From Lama glama (Eukaryota), in the NCBI GenBank assembly GCA_028534125.1, contig CM052818.1, positions 46,006,001 through 46,070,000 of the forward strand: 64,000 nucleotides of DNA, in the 5' to 3' direction. The position numbers were made by a program, and so were the translations under genes. Shown piece by piece: positions 24,515 to 37,899 of the stretch; within the stretch, counting starts at the first letter, position 1; the number at the start of each line of letters is the position of its first letter. The notes beneath the pieces are model-generated. The model was given only the letters and a program-made list of their open reading frames with translations, did no database searches and was not told where the DNA came from.

Positions 24515-27342
24515 CTGGAAAGCACTGGGCAGCACGGAGGGCCACGTGCAGGTGGACTGGAATCTGCTTTTGTGAACACCACGAGTGGGGGACAGCAGCA
24601 CCCAGTGGCGAGTTTCCAGCCTGGCCTCGCGGTGGCCGATGGTCGCCACACACCTGATACAGCTCCGCATCCCAACCCCGCCCGGCCTGGCATCCTGCAG
24701 GTGCTCTGAATGTTTGTTGAGTCTGTGTCATGGAAAAAATGCCCAGCTGAATTTGATCTCAAATCTGATGTGCCTGTGTGTATGTGTAAGTCTTTTTAAG
24801 GCTGTCTTCAGGCTGTAAATAACACAGTAACTACATCTGTGTACCTAGCAGGCTCTCACATCCTCTAAGGGAGGCATTTTAATTTTTCTCCTTGTGCAGA
24901 AAACAAAACTGAGAGTCCAGGAGGTTAAACCATGAGCTGGAGGCTGCGGGGCCCCTTGAGAAACTCCCCCATGCTGGCTCTCCCCTGTGCTCGGAGCACC
25001 AGATTGCCTTGTATTGCACCTTTTAACTTCTACTTCCAGCAGGCCTCCCAGAACCCACCACAGACAGGAGGGAGGCAGAGGCACCCAGGCCCCGGTGACC
25101 TGAGTGGCTCTGGACAACTATCCAGCCTGCCCAGGGGGCTTCTTCTCCGCTCACACAATTGGTCTGTGATCAACTTTACATGCCCGCATCAGATTTGGAG
25201 GGAGAGCAATGGGATCCCAGGACCAGAACCCTCCAAACGGACTGAGTGGAGAGGGGAGTCGGGGAAGCAGGAAGAGACAGGGATCAAGCCCTCTGTCTGA
25301 GTCAGGCTCAGCACCCAGGCTCTCCTTTAATTCTCATGATGATGTTATACATTGGGAACATTATCCCCATTTTCTGGATGAGGAAACTGAAGCCCAGGGG
25401 TTCCTGCCAGGACAAACTCACCCCACAAGAAGGTGCTAAGGGCCCCAGCAGGGCCCTTCACACCTGCCCACCCTGACCCTCCAGCGTGGGGCTGCCAGGA
25501 GTCAGAACCACCACGGGCGGCCTGTCCCGGGCTCCTGTCCGGGGCACACCTCAGACTGAAAAGGGATGGACTGAGGGAGGGCGTTGGCCGGGTGGCGGGC
25601 CTGTGGGAGCTCGGTATTTTTAGTCATTCTGTCATACAGTCCAGGATGGAAAGATGAGAAGCCACAGGGGCTGGCACAGGCCTCGGGATGAACTCATGAG
25701 CCCAAAACAGGAGGAGCCGAAGCCCTCGGAGGCCTGTCATGAGGCCTCTGTGCTGACAAGCCACAGACACGCTGAGTTCTTTTTTCATTTTTCTTTTTTT
25801 TTTTTCAGAGTGCCCCAGACCTCTTTAAGAAGGTATTAAATCAAAAGATGTTGGGGCTAGGAGAAACGTTAAAGATTTCAGAGTCAAATCCTCTCTGTAT
25901 GAATGGGGACGCTGAGGCTGAGAGAAGGGAAGTTTCGTGTGAGTGGTGGAGCCAGATGCACCCAGGCCCCTCTTACCCCCAGGTCCCTTTCACCCCCAGG
26001 CCCCTCTTGCCTCCAGCCACTGTCTTCCTGCCAGCCTTCTGCCCTGGCGCCCACGCCTGTCCAGTACAGGATGAGGCAGAGTGCAGAGCGTGTAGCTGCC
26101 ACATAGGGAGTTAGAAAGCCCTGGGCTCGGTGACTGTGGATTCACCACTTCACATTTTTTGTGATGCCCATTTCACAGATCAGGATGCTATGGCTTTTTG
26201 TGAGATTCCCAGGAGACAATATGTAACCATGACTCCTGCTCCACCAACTTGGGGGTGTTTCTGGAAGGAAGGAGGTGTAAGAGGTGGTATGGAGGCCCTT
26301 TGGCAGCTTCCCAGCTGTTGGCCCCTCCTTCCCCACTCCCAGCAGAACCCGATGGTATCTGGTCCCCACTCTCATGAGCGATCAGCCCCCAGCACCAGGG
26401 CGTCAGGACAGTTGCAGTGACCTCATTCTCCTGGCCAACTGTACAGCTGGGCTTGTGACATAGTTCTGACCAATAAAAGATCAAAGGACATCTGCCAGGG
26501 GACTTCCAGGCAAGGCCCCTCCATGATTAAAAAAGGGGGAAAAAAATCACATAAGAAGAAAGTCCCTGGACATTACCATGAAAATGTGCCAGCTGGGTCT
26601 ACTACAGCTTTACCATGAAGGAATCAACCTGGGGGCAAAGGACAGCAGGGCAGAGAGAGGAAGTGAACCTGGGGCCTCGTGGTGGGCTGTGCCCGTGACT
26701 GCTTGTCACGAGAGGTCACAGATGTGCTTGCCTTGGGGGCTTTTGATATTTAAGCCCAGATCATTGCAGCTGCTGTGGATGAGTCCAAACAAAAGCATGT
26801 GGTACAACACTGTAAGTCGACTCTACTTCAATTTAAATTTTTTCCTTAAGTACAGAAGAGAAAAAAAAGTACATGATAAAGTGTAATTGGAGTGACTGCC
26901 TACTCAGTGTCCTCTGAGTGCTAAGCCCCAAGCTGTAACCTTCATGGACATCAGCTCATTCACTCCTCACCACGACCCTGTGACCTGTGGGAGACCGTGC
27001 CAGAGTCTGCATCCCACCCGGTCCCCTCCCTTGTGAGTCCAGCCTGGCCCCTGTGGAGCCCTGCGATTTATCTGTCCCTCCCGGAGGCAGCCAGCTCTGA
27101 GCTTGCCCCTCAGACTGAACCATGAGTTTACTTTGGGGAGACCTAGAGGGGGACCAAGGAAGATGGTGGCTGAGGGGGCAAGGCCTCGGTGGGAGGGAGG
27201 GAAGGAGTGATGACAAGACTGTCAAAGCAAGGGCATACCTGTCAGTGACCTTGACTGTATTCTTTGCCCTAAAGGCCCAGGTGAGTAGCTGTAGTCTGAA
27301 GGCAAGAAGCCAGGAAGGGAGAAAAATCAACAGTTACTGAGC

Positions 27343-27489
27343 CAAAAAAGGTGGGGGGGTGGACAGGGAGGATAGATCTCACACAGTCCATGCCCAGCAT
27401 GCACGAGGACCTAGTTTCAATCCCCAGGCCTCTATTATAAATTAATAAATAAATGAACATAATTACCTCCTCCCTCCAAAAAAAAAAAA
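27343..27489 (+). mobile_element. Vic-1-like SINE with 15-bp TSD, inserted at the edge of a MIR
   Basis: CAACAGTTACTGAGC at 27328-27342 and 27490-27504; SINE body gcatgcacgaggacctagtttcaatcccc; A tail. Confidence 0.85.
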
Positions 27490-27986
27490 CAACAGTTACT
27501 GAGCAACTACTATGTCCCAGGCCCTGTCTTTATGTGTGTTGCTTCATTTAATCCTCACAACTGATCAGGGCAATATCCCCATTTTTCAGATGAGAAGACT
27601 GAGGCTGGGTGAGAGGGGAAATATCAAATCCAGGCTGGAGGTCTAGTCCATTTAGTCTGTGCTTCCCACAGCACGGGCTGCCCTTCCACATCCCATTAAG
27701 GACAGGCAGTGCCGTTAACTGGACTAATTACAGCTCCTGTGTGAGAGCGCTCTTACTGCACTTGGCCCTTTAGGGGAAAAAACATGGTCTCTTCCATATG
27801 TCTGCCCCGCTAGGAACAACGAGGCTGCAGCTCAGCACCTCCTGCTCTCCTGGACACGTCGGGACAGTGTGTTTCTTCCCACTGTTCTTGGCTAGGAGTG
27901 GCCCCCTCCTGTACCTGCTCTGTCTCCTTCTGTCATTCTGAGCTGGTCCCCCATGGCCACACTGTGGACGGCAGGTGGTTGGAACA

Positions 27987-27989
<3 letters not shown>

Positions 27990-28020
<31 letters not shown>

Positions 28021-28146
28021 GGAGCTTGTGGCTGTAACTCTGAGTACGTGTGTGTGTGTGTGTGTGGTTAAACCTGATGGGAGGGGGGTATGAAATTAAA
28101 ACATGTGTACATATTTATGTGGCTAAGTCCCGTGTGTGTGTGTGTG
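27990..28146. repeat. Three (TG)n microsatellite runs
   Basis: Visible in sequence. Confidence 0.9.
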
Positions 28147-28725
28147 AAAACTAAATTTGTGTACATGCTTCTGCCTGTCTGTCTGTCTGTGTGGGAGAAC
28201 GGCTGAATTTCAGCTCAGGCCCCTGTAGCTGGAGCAGACGGCTCCTTGGAGCCAGCGTGAGGAAGTTGGCAGCACTACCAGGTTCCTGGTAGGAATGTGC
28301 CAGAATTAACTGTGAAGCTACACTGCTTTCCTCCCAGATAGGTCTGGCCAGGTCTGGGTGAACATAAATTCTGAATCTCCTGTGGGCGGCCTTTCCTCAG
28401 TTAAAAAAAATAAATAAAATAAAAATTGTCTGCTGGAACGAGCGGAGTGAAATCAGACTGAAGCCTCTTTCGTAGGACCCTCCTGAAATGAAGCGTCGCG
28501 AGGCCACCTTAGAGCCGTGTGCTCCTGGGGCATCAGGACCACGGGAACTCAACTGCACTCTTCCCCGCAGGTGACCCGGGTCTGCACACCCCCTCCAGTG
28601 CCCCTTCCAGAAAAGACCCCACCCAACCAGTGCTCAAAGGGCACGAACACCAAGGGGCACACATGACATTCCCAGGTGTCATCTGCTAAGGGACCCTGGA
28701 GCCGGTGCCTTCTCTGCTCTTGTCC

Positions 28726-28822
28726 TCTTTTTTTTTCTTTAATGGAAATAATAGGGATTGAACCCAGAACCTCGTGCATGCTATGTACGTGCTCCACCAC
28801 CGAGCTGTTACTCTCTCCCCTT
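28726..28822 (-). mobile_element. Vic-1-like SINE
   Basis: gggattgaacccagaacctcgtgcatgcta..gctccaccaccgagct. Confidence 0.8.
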
Positions 28823-29179
28823 GAACTCACTTTTAAAGACTCTCAAGTTGTCCCAGTGATGGGGCCCAGAGCCTCACCTTCTCAGTAGATTTCAAGGCCT
28901 CCCTATTTCCCAAGAAGCCCCCCAGGTCTGGGAAAGCATCCTGGCTTTGGGGGGCGGGATGGAAGGATAACTCCCCTTCACTTCCAGCCCTGCCTCTGCC
29001 CTCACCAGCTGGGGGTCTCTGGCCAGGGGGCTCCCTGAGCCCCCTCCTCACCTGACACAGAGGTGAGATTCACTCCTACCTCAGTTGAGACAAGCAATGT
29101 GAGCTGACTTCCGTGCAGTGTAAACAGCTGGTGTAAGAACTTTGCCCAACTCTTTCTCTATCGTCTGTGTAAACTAGCT

Positions 29180-29950
29180 GTTTGTTATCTGTATCAGTTT
29201 TCTTCTGATTGACATTTACGTAATAGATCCTTTTTCATTTTTTACTTTCATCATTTCTGAACTCTTACGCTGCAGCTGTAAATAGCACAGAGTGGGGTTT
29301 TGTTTTTCATCCAGTCTCACAATCTTTGTCTTTAACCAGATTGTTCAGTCCCCTTTAACATAATTTTCGATCTATTTCTGTTGAAATATAACAGTTTTGT
29401 CATAATGGTTTTGTACGGCTGTATTTTAAAGTCCTTTTCTGGTAAAAAATCTATTGAAATATTTACAAATACAATGATGTGATGTCTGGGATTTGTTTTC
29501 AAATATTAGGGAAAAAATGAGGGAGAAAAACAGAACTAGATTATTACCTATTTAGGTTAATGAGCACATGAGGTCCATTTTACTCTTCTGTTTTGGTACA
29601 TTATTTAAATTTTCCATAATAAAAAATTTTAAATCTGTCATCTTTTATGCTTTCTAATTGTTCTGTCTATTTGGCTTCTTTTTCTCTCGTAGCTTGCCTT
29701 CCTTTAGACTGATTATTTTTGAGCACTCTACTTTTTTCACCCTACTCATTTGGAAATTACATATTCTGTTTCAATTCATTTAGCATTTACCTTTGAAATT
29801 ACAACATGCATTCTTAGCTTAACCATATTTTTGCTCTCCTCCCTCCCTTTAACTCTATTTACTCCTCCCTCAATTTATATGCAATTGTTGTCATGTATTT
29901 ATAACCCTGCAGGAGATTACTAAATATCCTTTTTAATTTTAGACTCTAGA
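29180..29950. mobile_element. Ancient L1M (L1ME-like) fragments
   Basis: AT-rich decayed L1 text (cccagtctcacaatctttgtctttaa; gatgtctgggatttgttttcaaa). Confidence 0.5.
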
Positions 29951-29967
29951 TCCTAAATGTTTTTCCT

Positions 29968-30137
29968 ACAGCAGTGCTTCACAAGCTGTAATGTGCATAA
30001 AGATTACCTGGGGATCTTCTTAAAGAGTATGTTTTGATTTAGTAGTCTGGGCTGAGGATCTTGGACTGGCACCTTTAACAAGCCACAGAAGATGCTGAAG
30101 TTGCTGGTCCGTGGACCACTACTCTGAGTAGCAAGGC
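29968..30137. mobile_element. MER5-type hAT MITE
   Basis: cagtgcttcacaag...attacctggggatctt.ttaaa...gctggtccgtggaccac..tctgagtagcaagg. Confidence 0.7.
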
Positions 30138-30489
30138 TATAGAAAACATTTTCCCAGAAAACACTGGGAATCTGTAAGTTCCTAAAACAGGGCTTCTGAG
30201 TTTCCTAACTGGGTGTTATATAAGCAAGGACCGTTACTCTCTTTCTCCCTTATTTGGAGCCTACTGACTCACATTTATATTTAATTTTAACAAATCTCTT
30301 TATCTGGTTTCCCAGGACAGAGAATATCAGGGGTGTGTGTGTGTGTGTTGGGTATTGAGGAGGGTCTGCCAGACATAGGGACATAGATAACTTGGATCTT
30401 TGGTCCTTGAATGACCTTGAACTACCTGTTCTGATCAAAGTGGGTCAAGTATAACAATCAGACTTCCAAATCTTAAAGTTGATTATCTA

Positions 30490-31967
30490 CAGCAGTAGTC
30501 TTTATTTATTTATTTATTTGGGGGGGTAGGGGTGGTAATTAGGTTTATGATTTTTTTTAAACAGAGGTACTGGGGATTGTCCCCAGGACCTCGTGCATGC
30601 TAAGCATGTGCTCTACCACTGAGCTCTACCTGTCCTGGTCTCAGGACATCTTTCTGCTCTTAAAAATTACCAAAGAACTCAAAGAGCTTTAAATTATGTG
30701 GATTATCTCTATCAATATTTAATTTCCTGTGTTGGCAATTTAAACTGATATAGATTAAAAATAGTTACTAATGAATTTAAAATAATAGTTACACATTACA
30801 TGTTAATATAAATAATATATTTTTATGAAAAATAATCGTATACTTCAAACACATGAAAAAATTAAGTGAGAAAAGTAACACTGGTTTACATTGACAGCTG
30901 GATCCTCACACCATTCTGCATTCAGAGTGTTGTGACATAGTGGTTTGAAGTATTTACAGAATAGCTGGCCTCACAGAGATACGTAGTTTAAAAAGAGAGG
31001 AATATTTTAATAGCCTTTTTCAGGCAATTGTGGTTATTTTTCTCGACGTCACTTAAATCCTCAACAAGTTTCTAAAAGATCATTGCAATGTGGGATCTGA
31101 GCTATATCAATACACTTTTTATACTTGGTTACATTGAAATCCATTGTTCTGTCTCGTACTTTGAATGGATCTTCTATCCATGCATGATTTTGTAAAATAC
31201 TGCATTTGTTGTTTGGAAAATATTGGTTCACCAAGTTATACAGAGCTTCCAAATGTTGACACACTTGATCGACAGTATTAAAAAAAAAACACGCATTAAT
31301 CTTGAACCATATGTTATCAGTCTTTAAGTACTGGCAGCCTATCAACCTTAAGGTGGCAGATATAAGTTTTCCAAATACTAATTTCACCTAAAAACTCAAA
31401 TCTTCTCATTAGTAACAAATATTCTCCATTGCTTTCCTTAAAGTGACAAGCTCACTTTGTTCATTTTTGTGAAAATGTTTGCCAGACATCCAAGTCAGAA
31501 TCATCAGCCCTTGCCTGTTCACCGTGCTTTTCAAGTAAAAATGATGTTCTATGGGAAATGCAGCTAATTCAGCTTGCAACTCAATTACACAAGTCTTTTT
31601 CTTCAGACAACCGCCATATTTCAGTATGTATAAAAGGCAATGTCTTTAAAGATTGAGATTTGATAAAATGAATAATTTCAACTGCTACATCAGGGACATT
31701 CTTAAGTGAAACTGGCTTCTTTTTTCCACTGTGAGTGCAGGGTAGTGAAGAACACAATGACACTGGACAGTTTGGGGCTCTGTCTGCCTTGATTCGTGCG
31801 AAGGCGCCAGCAAATTAGCCAGCCTTGCTTTTGCATCCTCAGGGCAACTGTCGCACAGAGAAAAAGGCAGAATATCTTTGTACTAGTATGACAACAGTTT
31901 TGACTTGAAGGACTCTCTGCAGGGTTTCGGATTCAAGGATTCATGTATCTCAATTTGAGAACCTCTG
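30490..31967 (-). mobile_element. Charlie1-family hAT DNA transposon with decayed transposase, interrupted by a Vic-1-like SINE (30500-30630)
   Basis: Terminus tttgagaacctctg (Charlie TIR-like). Minus-strand ORF 31061-31387 contains HLEALYNLVNQYFP...WIEDPF, typical of Charlie/Buster (ZBED8/FAM200-like) transposases. Confidence 0.8.
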
Positions 31968-32407
31968 ATGTAAGATTTTTTTAAATGATGGTTAATCCTA
32001 CTATAAAACATGCCACAACAACATTGGAAACAAGGAAGTAGAACTGTATATGCTCACGTGGGAGTTTTTCCAAGTCACATTTAATATGTCAAAATTAAAA
32101 TGAAAAAAGTCATGGGACAATAGTATTTTCTGTACTGTAGCATTCTCACATTTATGTTAAAAAATATATGTGATATATAGGGCACATCCCATACTGCTTG
32201 TAATTATAATTGGAAATCAGTAAATTTTATAAATGGTAATTAGTTACAGACATATGATGCATACCATACTGTCAGTAATATCTTCTGGGAAGCGTCAAGT
32301 ATTTATTTATAGGTCTGTATTTGAATCTATTATAATAATGTATTCACATGTTGCTTCGTTCCATGACTAAACAGTTTTTTAAGATAAAAACAGGGAAAAG
32401 AGCTCAC

Positions 32408-32702
32408 GATCTCAGCTTCATGCCTCCTCCCTTGAGGCTTTGAGTCTCTGGAGGTCTCTGGAGGCCTCCAGAGGCAAGCCAGCCAGATTCTCTACAACAG
32501 CAGCCCTTTCCCGGCAAATCTCCCCATGTTTCTTCCTCCGGGTCGGGTGAGGGGCCCGGGATGGGGTGATGGGTGCAGCGGGGTGCAGAACCTTCTCTTT
32601 CAAGGTTTACAAACAGCCTGGCTATTCTCATTTTGGGGAGGTGGGTAGCAGTAGGGAGACAACTGGATGCTTTTCCCGTCTTGTTTAAAACATTTGCAAA
32701 AT
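32408..32702 (-). pseudogene. Candidate exon (295 nt, open: FANVLNKTGKASSCLPTATHLPKMRIARLFVNLEREGS...MKLRS)
   Basis: Strong acceptor ctttgcctctgtccctacag|; donor ATC|GTGAGC; one frame is stop-free. Confidence 0.55.
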
Positions 32703-33679
32703 CTGTAGGGACAGAGGCAAAGTAACTCTCCAATCCAATGGCTCAGGGCTGGACAGGGAAAGGCTGGGCTGAATTCCTCATCTCCCTGAGGGGCCGGCCC
32801 GCAGCAGGCTCTGGAAGGAAATTTGCTCTACAGGTGGAACGTGATGCCTGCAGGGGCCTCAGTGACCAGGTGTGGAGAGAGACAGGATCGGAGTCCTGAC
32901 CGCACCCCTTCAAGATTAGGAGAGCTCAGGCAACTGACAGTCTCCCGACTCTCAGCTTTTCCTGAATGAGGACGTAATAGTCTGGTGAAAAGTGAGATAC
33001 TATACGTAAAGCATCAGACAGAGTCTAGCACATGGCAGACAGCCATTAAATGGTCATTTAATTGTACAAAGAATACTCACTAATCAGGCAAAATGTGGGG
33101 AGAGTGTCGTTGAGCCTTGACAGTGACATGCCACTTTGAGGGAAAGGCAGGCGGGAGGCTACCAGGCTGGTAGGGGCTGGGGCTCCGAGTGTGAGTCTGG
33201 GGTTCAGATGCAGAACAATGCCCCTGTGGAGATGGAAGGCAGGTTGGCTGGAGAGGGCCAGAGCAGGAGGGATATGGTCAGGAAAGGACCCAGGCCCAGG
33301 AAACAAGAGGGCTCAGCAAACAGCCTGTCCTGGAGGTGGGTAGGCAGGGCTGGCCCGACCCCCAGGGTGCTGTTCCAGCCACAGCTTCACCACTGTGGAC
33401 CTGAAGGCAGGAATGCAGCATCCTTCCGTCTTCCCAGCCCTCAGCCCGGGGGCCGTAAGGAGGGAGAGAAGGAGGTGTCAGTGAAGGTCCACCAGATGTC
33501 CACCCTGTGGTGACACAGTTCACAGCTCCTCAGATTCTCCCAGCCTCTGACCCAGACTGGCCCTAAGGCTGGGCTGGCTTCTCCCTCCTGCGCAGGACCC
33601 TCACTGTGCGGAGGGTGCAAACAATGAGTGCCACAGGTGTTTGTTTATTCTTTCATTTGTTCATGTCTTTTTAATAAGC

Positions 33680-35120
33680 ATATACTCTCAGAAGCCAGAA
33701 AAGATGAGTAGATTTGATTACTGTACTGAAAAATTGGTGTGGTTAAAATAAACAAGCAAGGAAGAAAGGAATAATTAATAATTGATGAGATCCTGAAAAA
33801 GGAGGGAAGAAATAAACAACAAACTGAGGAAATGTTACAATATAAATGAACATAGACAATTGTCCTTAAAATTGAAAGGACTTCTACAAATCAATGTGAA
33901 AGTGAAAGATAACCAAATATGAAAATGGACAAACGATACTGTAACTAAACAGTTCATAAAAAATAACTATAAATAATTGAACAATAAAAAAACACAACTT
34001 TGCTCATAATTAAATTAGTGCCAGTCAGGGCAGTGAATTATATTTTTCAGACTGATAAAAATTACAAAAGTTGACTATACATCGTGATAGTAAGAGTTTC
34101 TAGAAAGAGACACATGCTGTACATAGAAATTTAGTATGTTGCCATCCTTTTGGAGAGCATCTGACAGATTCCAAATACCTTTTCCATGTCTTAGAAGTTT
34201 CATTTTTAGAAATTTATCTTATAACTATCCCTGCACAAGAGCAGAAAGGTACGTATAAAAAAGAAGACTATCCATACAGCATACTTTTGAATATCCAGGG
34301 GAAAAAAATCAACTGAAATATTCATGAAACAAAATTATAGTTACCAGATGGGGAAGGCAGTGGCAAGGGATAAATGAGGAGTTTGAGATTTGCAGATATT
34401 GACTACTATATATAAAACAGATAAACAAATTTATACTGTATAGCTCAGGAAAGTATATTCAATATCTCGTAGTAACCTATAATGAAAAAGAATATGAAAA
34501 CAAATATATACATGTACATATAGGACTGAAACATAATTGACTGTACACCAGAAACTGACAACATTGTAATGACTATACTTCAATTCAAAAAAATTCATGA
34601 ATATGGGATCATGTAAGTACTTTTTTCTACACTTACATTATGGTGTATTATTCTGTGGACAGAAGGAATAGGAAGAGACAGGTCTGTACATACTGACATG
34701 GAAAGCTGTCTACGATACTTGAATAACAAGTGAGAGACAGCATGGACCAGTGTGCATCACATGACCGGGGGCATGCACACCCGCTCATACACTATGGGCT
34801 CATTTGCACACTAAATATCTGGAAAGACCTCTGAGGAGTAGGGCTCAGAAGTGATGAGGAACATTATTTATTTTTTGCTTTATCCCCTTCTGCCATGTTG
34901 GAATTTTTTTTTTTAATGAAGTATAGCCAGTTTACAATTTTGTGTCAATTTCTGGTGTACAACATCATGTTTCAATCATACATGTACATATATATATTTG
35001 TTTTCATATTCTTTTTTATTATAGGTTACTACAAGATATTGAATTTAGTTCTCTGTGCTATACAGTATAAACTTGCTGTTTTTGTTATAGATAGTAGTTA
35101 GTATCTGCAAATCTGGAATT
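33680..35120. mobile_element. Old L1ME-like fragment with two younger L1 3'-end insertions (~34325-34595 +, ~34905-35115 -)
   Basis: ggagtttgagatttgcagata..tatataaaacagataaac..tgtacaccagaaactgacaacattgtaa and its reverse complement. Confidence 0.7.
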
Positions 35121-36378
35121 ATTTTTTAAACCAATTTGAAATTGGTACTGAGCACCTGCTACCTCGCACCATGTTAGACACTGCAAGAACAGAGATGAAG
35201 GTCACACACTCTGAACTTGAGCAGCCCCACCTTTAGGACAGGAGCATAAACAGGCAGGTTGGGTACAGCGTTTTGAGAGAGACAGTGGGCACAGCCATCC
35301 CTGGCTGGAGGAGATGGAGGTTGTCCCCTCTTGGAGGAGCTGAGATCTGAAGGCTCAGTGAGGGCAGGTGGGAGTCTCTAGGCTGAACAGACAGCGTTCA
35401 CAGGAGCTTGCGGTGGCTGTGGCACGCGGAGGGAGGCAGGCTGTAGAAGGGCCGGAGCGTGTAGGGCTGTGGGACCTCCATGGGGATGGGCAGCTGCACC
35501 ACCTACCAGGAGTTCTGACGAAGGAGTCGCTGGGGTTGCCATCAAAGTGGAGGCCTCTTGAAGGAAGCCATTTCTGGCTGCTTCTGGCACCTTCTAGGAA
35601 TATTGGAGCAAGATCACAAACTGCATCCCTTTCTTGGTTGGGTTTTTTTTTTCTTCTTACTGTGATGGGGAAGGTGTGAAGGGCTGGGAAGAGAAGAACC
35701 AGAAGCTGAGATCAGGTCATTGGAACTGCTCTGTAGGAGGATGTGTTTTCCCAGCCGACTCAGTGCTGCCATAAGTGAAAATTGCTGAGAGAGTTTGCTC
35801 TTGGGTGTGCTCGTAACAGCTCCCCCAGGGGCCGGGCTGTAGAAGGCTGATGAGCTCCATCTTCACAGCTGTCCAGGAAGCCCAGGGCCATGTGGCCTGG
35901 CCCTGTGACTGCTCGGCCACGGAAGAAGGATGGGGAGCCACAGAGCAGGTGACACTTTACAAATATGTGATTTTTTTTTTTTGGCAAATACATGATTCTT
36001 TTCGTTAATCTCTGCCTGTGTATATATCCAGGCTCAATGGGGGAATAAATCATGAGTGATGTCAGCAAGCCCAAGGATTTCGACTCCTGAGTCATGCTCA
36101 GGGGAACGGGGCACCTGGTTAATTGAATTCTATGGCTCCAATTGAGTTACCACCCTGACAAAGGATGGATGTTCCAGAGCTGAGAGCAGTAAGACGTTAA
36201 GAGTGCACTTAACGCTCCCGCTCCACGGTGGAGATTCAAAGAAACCTGATAGCTGGCAAAGCCTAACTTGTAATGGGCATCAGTTTTCATTGCCCAAGAT
36301 TCTACACATAAGAAGTACTGGAGTTTGAATTGAATCAATAGCACATCTTGGTTCAAAACCTTTCATTAGCTAGCCAGT

Positions 36379-36540
36379 TAGGACTGCCAGGTATAGCTAA
36401 TAAAAATGCAGAATGCCCAGTTAAATTTGAATTTCAGATGAATACATTTTTAGTATAAGTATATCCTTGCAAATATTATTTGCTGTTTATCTGAAGTTCA
36501 AATTTAACCAGGCATCTTGTATTTTATCTGGCAAATCCTA
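36379..36540. mobile_element. MER53-like palindromic hAT MITE
   Basis: Long inverted arms taggactgccag..aaatgcagaatgcccagttaaatttgaatttcagat / atctgaagttcaaatttaaccaggcatcttgtattttatctggcaaatccta. Confidence 0.8.
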
Positions 36541-37899
36541 TGCCCAGTGGCTGCAAACGAAAGCCCAAATTCTGGCATCCAGTTTGCCAGGATTTAGCCC
36601 CTTTCTGACTTTGCAACCTCACCTCCTACTCACTGTTTCCTTTCTTGTATCCAGTTTAGTTTCCAGACAAACTTAACTACCTTCTTTGTGTGGCTTTGCC
36701 CTTTGCTTTCTTGCCCCTGGGCCTTCACAAACATACTCCCTCTTCACTTTTCATCTTAAATGCCATGTCTAGTGTGCCATCCCTGATCCCCAAGGGGGCA
36801 GAACCTCTCTCTTCTTTAAACATCTTTAGTGTCTTTCTGAAAGAGCTTCTGTAATTGAAGAGGATGGCTTACTGGAGTTCATTTGCATGGCTCCTCCCCC
36901 TTCTTCTGAAAAGCACCCCTCCTTTTGAGATCTGCTCCTCAACCACTTGGTTCCAGCAGGAGATTCCATACTCTTAGTGACTCTATGGCTACAGATGACT
37001 GGCCCCAAAGTGGACACCTGACCTGCGCCAGGCCTATGAGATCCTTCCCTGGGCATGTTTTATGACTCATCTTGTCTGGCACTCGGCTGGGATCACACCC
37101 CAACACCTGTACTTGGCATTGAGCCAAGATCACCATTGCGGTCAAGGACATAATCATTTCACCTGTAAGGTTCTACAGGGCTAATTGTCCTACCACATAA
37201 TAACACCTACCCCCACATGGCCGTGGAGATAGAAGAGGCCACAGTATAACGGGAGAAACACTGCCCTGGGATCGAGAGAGAGACCTGGGCTCTAGTCGGA
37301 GCTCACTGCTAACTCCCTGCAAGGCCAATCATCTCAACAGATTGCAAACTCTTTGAGGGCAAGACCTTATCTTATTCTTCTCTGTAGCCTCAGATACGCA
37401 CCCTTGGATGGCGTTAGATAAATGGTAGGTGGTTATGGTGATCAATGGTGATGGCAACAATGACAGCAAGTCACTGCCTCTCTCTGGGCCTCAGCTTCGT
37501 TTACTAGGAAACTGGAAGATTGGATTTGATGAGTTTTAAGAGCACTTCCAGTTCAAATAGTCTATCACCACCAATGCGAATCCTAAAAGACCCTGATGAA
37601 TACCTTACAACATCTGCGAAGCATTAAGCCAAGATCATCTTTGTTGTCAAAGACAGAACCATTTTATCTGTTACGGCCCAGACACAAAGGGTCGACAGGT
37701 TCTCCAAGGTTTTATTAAAATGTGTGCAATCAGAAAAAGGATACTAACTCTTGAAGATGACAAAAATCAAAAATGTTTAAAAATTTAATAAAAGCATAGC
37801 ATTATATCAACTGATCATCCATCGTTCAAGTTACAGAGTTAAATAATTTTTTAAGTTTAAATTACAAGAATTAAATGTTCTTAACAAAACTCAACATCA

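Noticed and set aside
35660..35910. Possible minus-strand exon (AG at ~35910, ACA|GTAAGA donor ~35660); similar weak candidates at ~25100-25240 and ~6050-6210
   Set aside because: Splice-like sites are present but there is no recognisable motif or consistent frame; evidence too weak to list as features.
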